Both the position numbers and the translations under genes were made by a program. A stretch of 63,384 nucleotides of DNA, counting the filler, from Octopus bimaculoides (Eukaryota), in assembly GCF_001194135.2 (NCBI RefSeq). It is 8 parts of 7 records of this genome, joined end to end, with 100 filler letters (N's around TTAATTAATTAA, not from the genome) between each part and the next. Parts side by side here need not be neighbours in the genome. Positions count along the whole stretch, not along the records: positions 57,963 to 63,384 come from NC_068981.1; 7 more parts are not named here. One strand, given 5' to 3'. Of this stretch, positions 63,341 to 63,384 are shown in pieces; within the stretch, counting starts at the first letter, position 1; each line of letters begins with the position of its first letter. The notes beneath the pieces are model-generated. The model searched no databases, was not told the origin of the DNA, and saw only the letters and a program-made list of their open reading frames with translations.

Positions 63341-63384
<44 letters not shown>

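Overview
AT-rich, gap-ridden animal genomic DNA. The SINE/LINE families and microsatellite load look like an octopod cephalopod; this is my recognition, not a database result. Almost all long ORFs in the supplied track are artefacts of microsatellites or N-runs. The real content is a transposable-element graveyard: R4/Dong-type, CR1-like, L1/Tx1-like, RTE and possibly CRE-like LINE fragments, three Penelope-like (PLE) fragments, a Helitron Pif1-helicase fragment, two MITEs and many tRNA-derived SINEs. It also holds a ~9.4-kb CpG-rich (ACGA/ACGT) satellite with higher-order structure. Four things stand out. (1) A Penelope fold-back at 54.0-55.1 kb couples a GIY-YIG remnant, a tRNA-like Pol III head and hammerhead-ribozyme motifs, with an intact-core hammerhead copy at 42.8 kb. 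(2) A SINE/LINE pair shares a 3' tail whose stem-loop differs in sequence but keeps its pairing. (3) A phase-compatible chain of small + strand exons (51.1-53.4 kb, possibly from 43 kb) is missed by the ORF track and encodes a protein I cannot name. (4) A PHD-type finger lies inside an RTE reverse transcriptase. Coordinates were counted by eye and boundaries may be off by a few to tens of bases.
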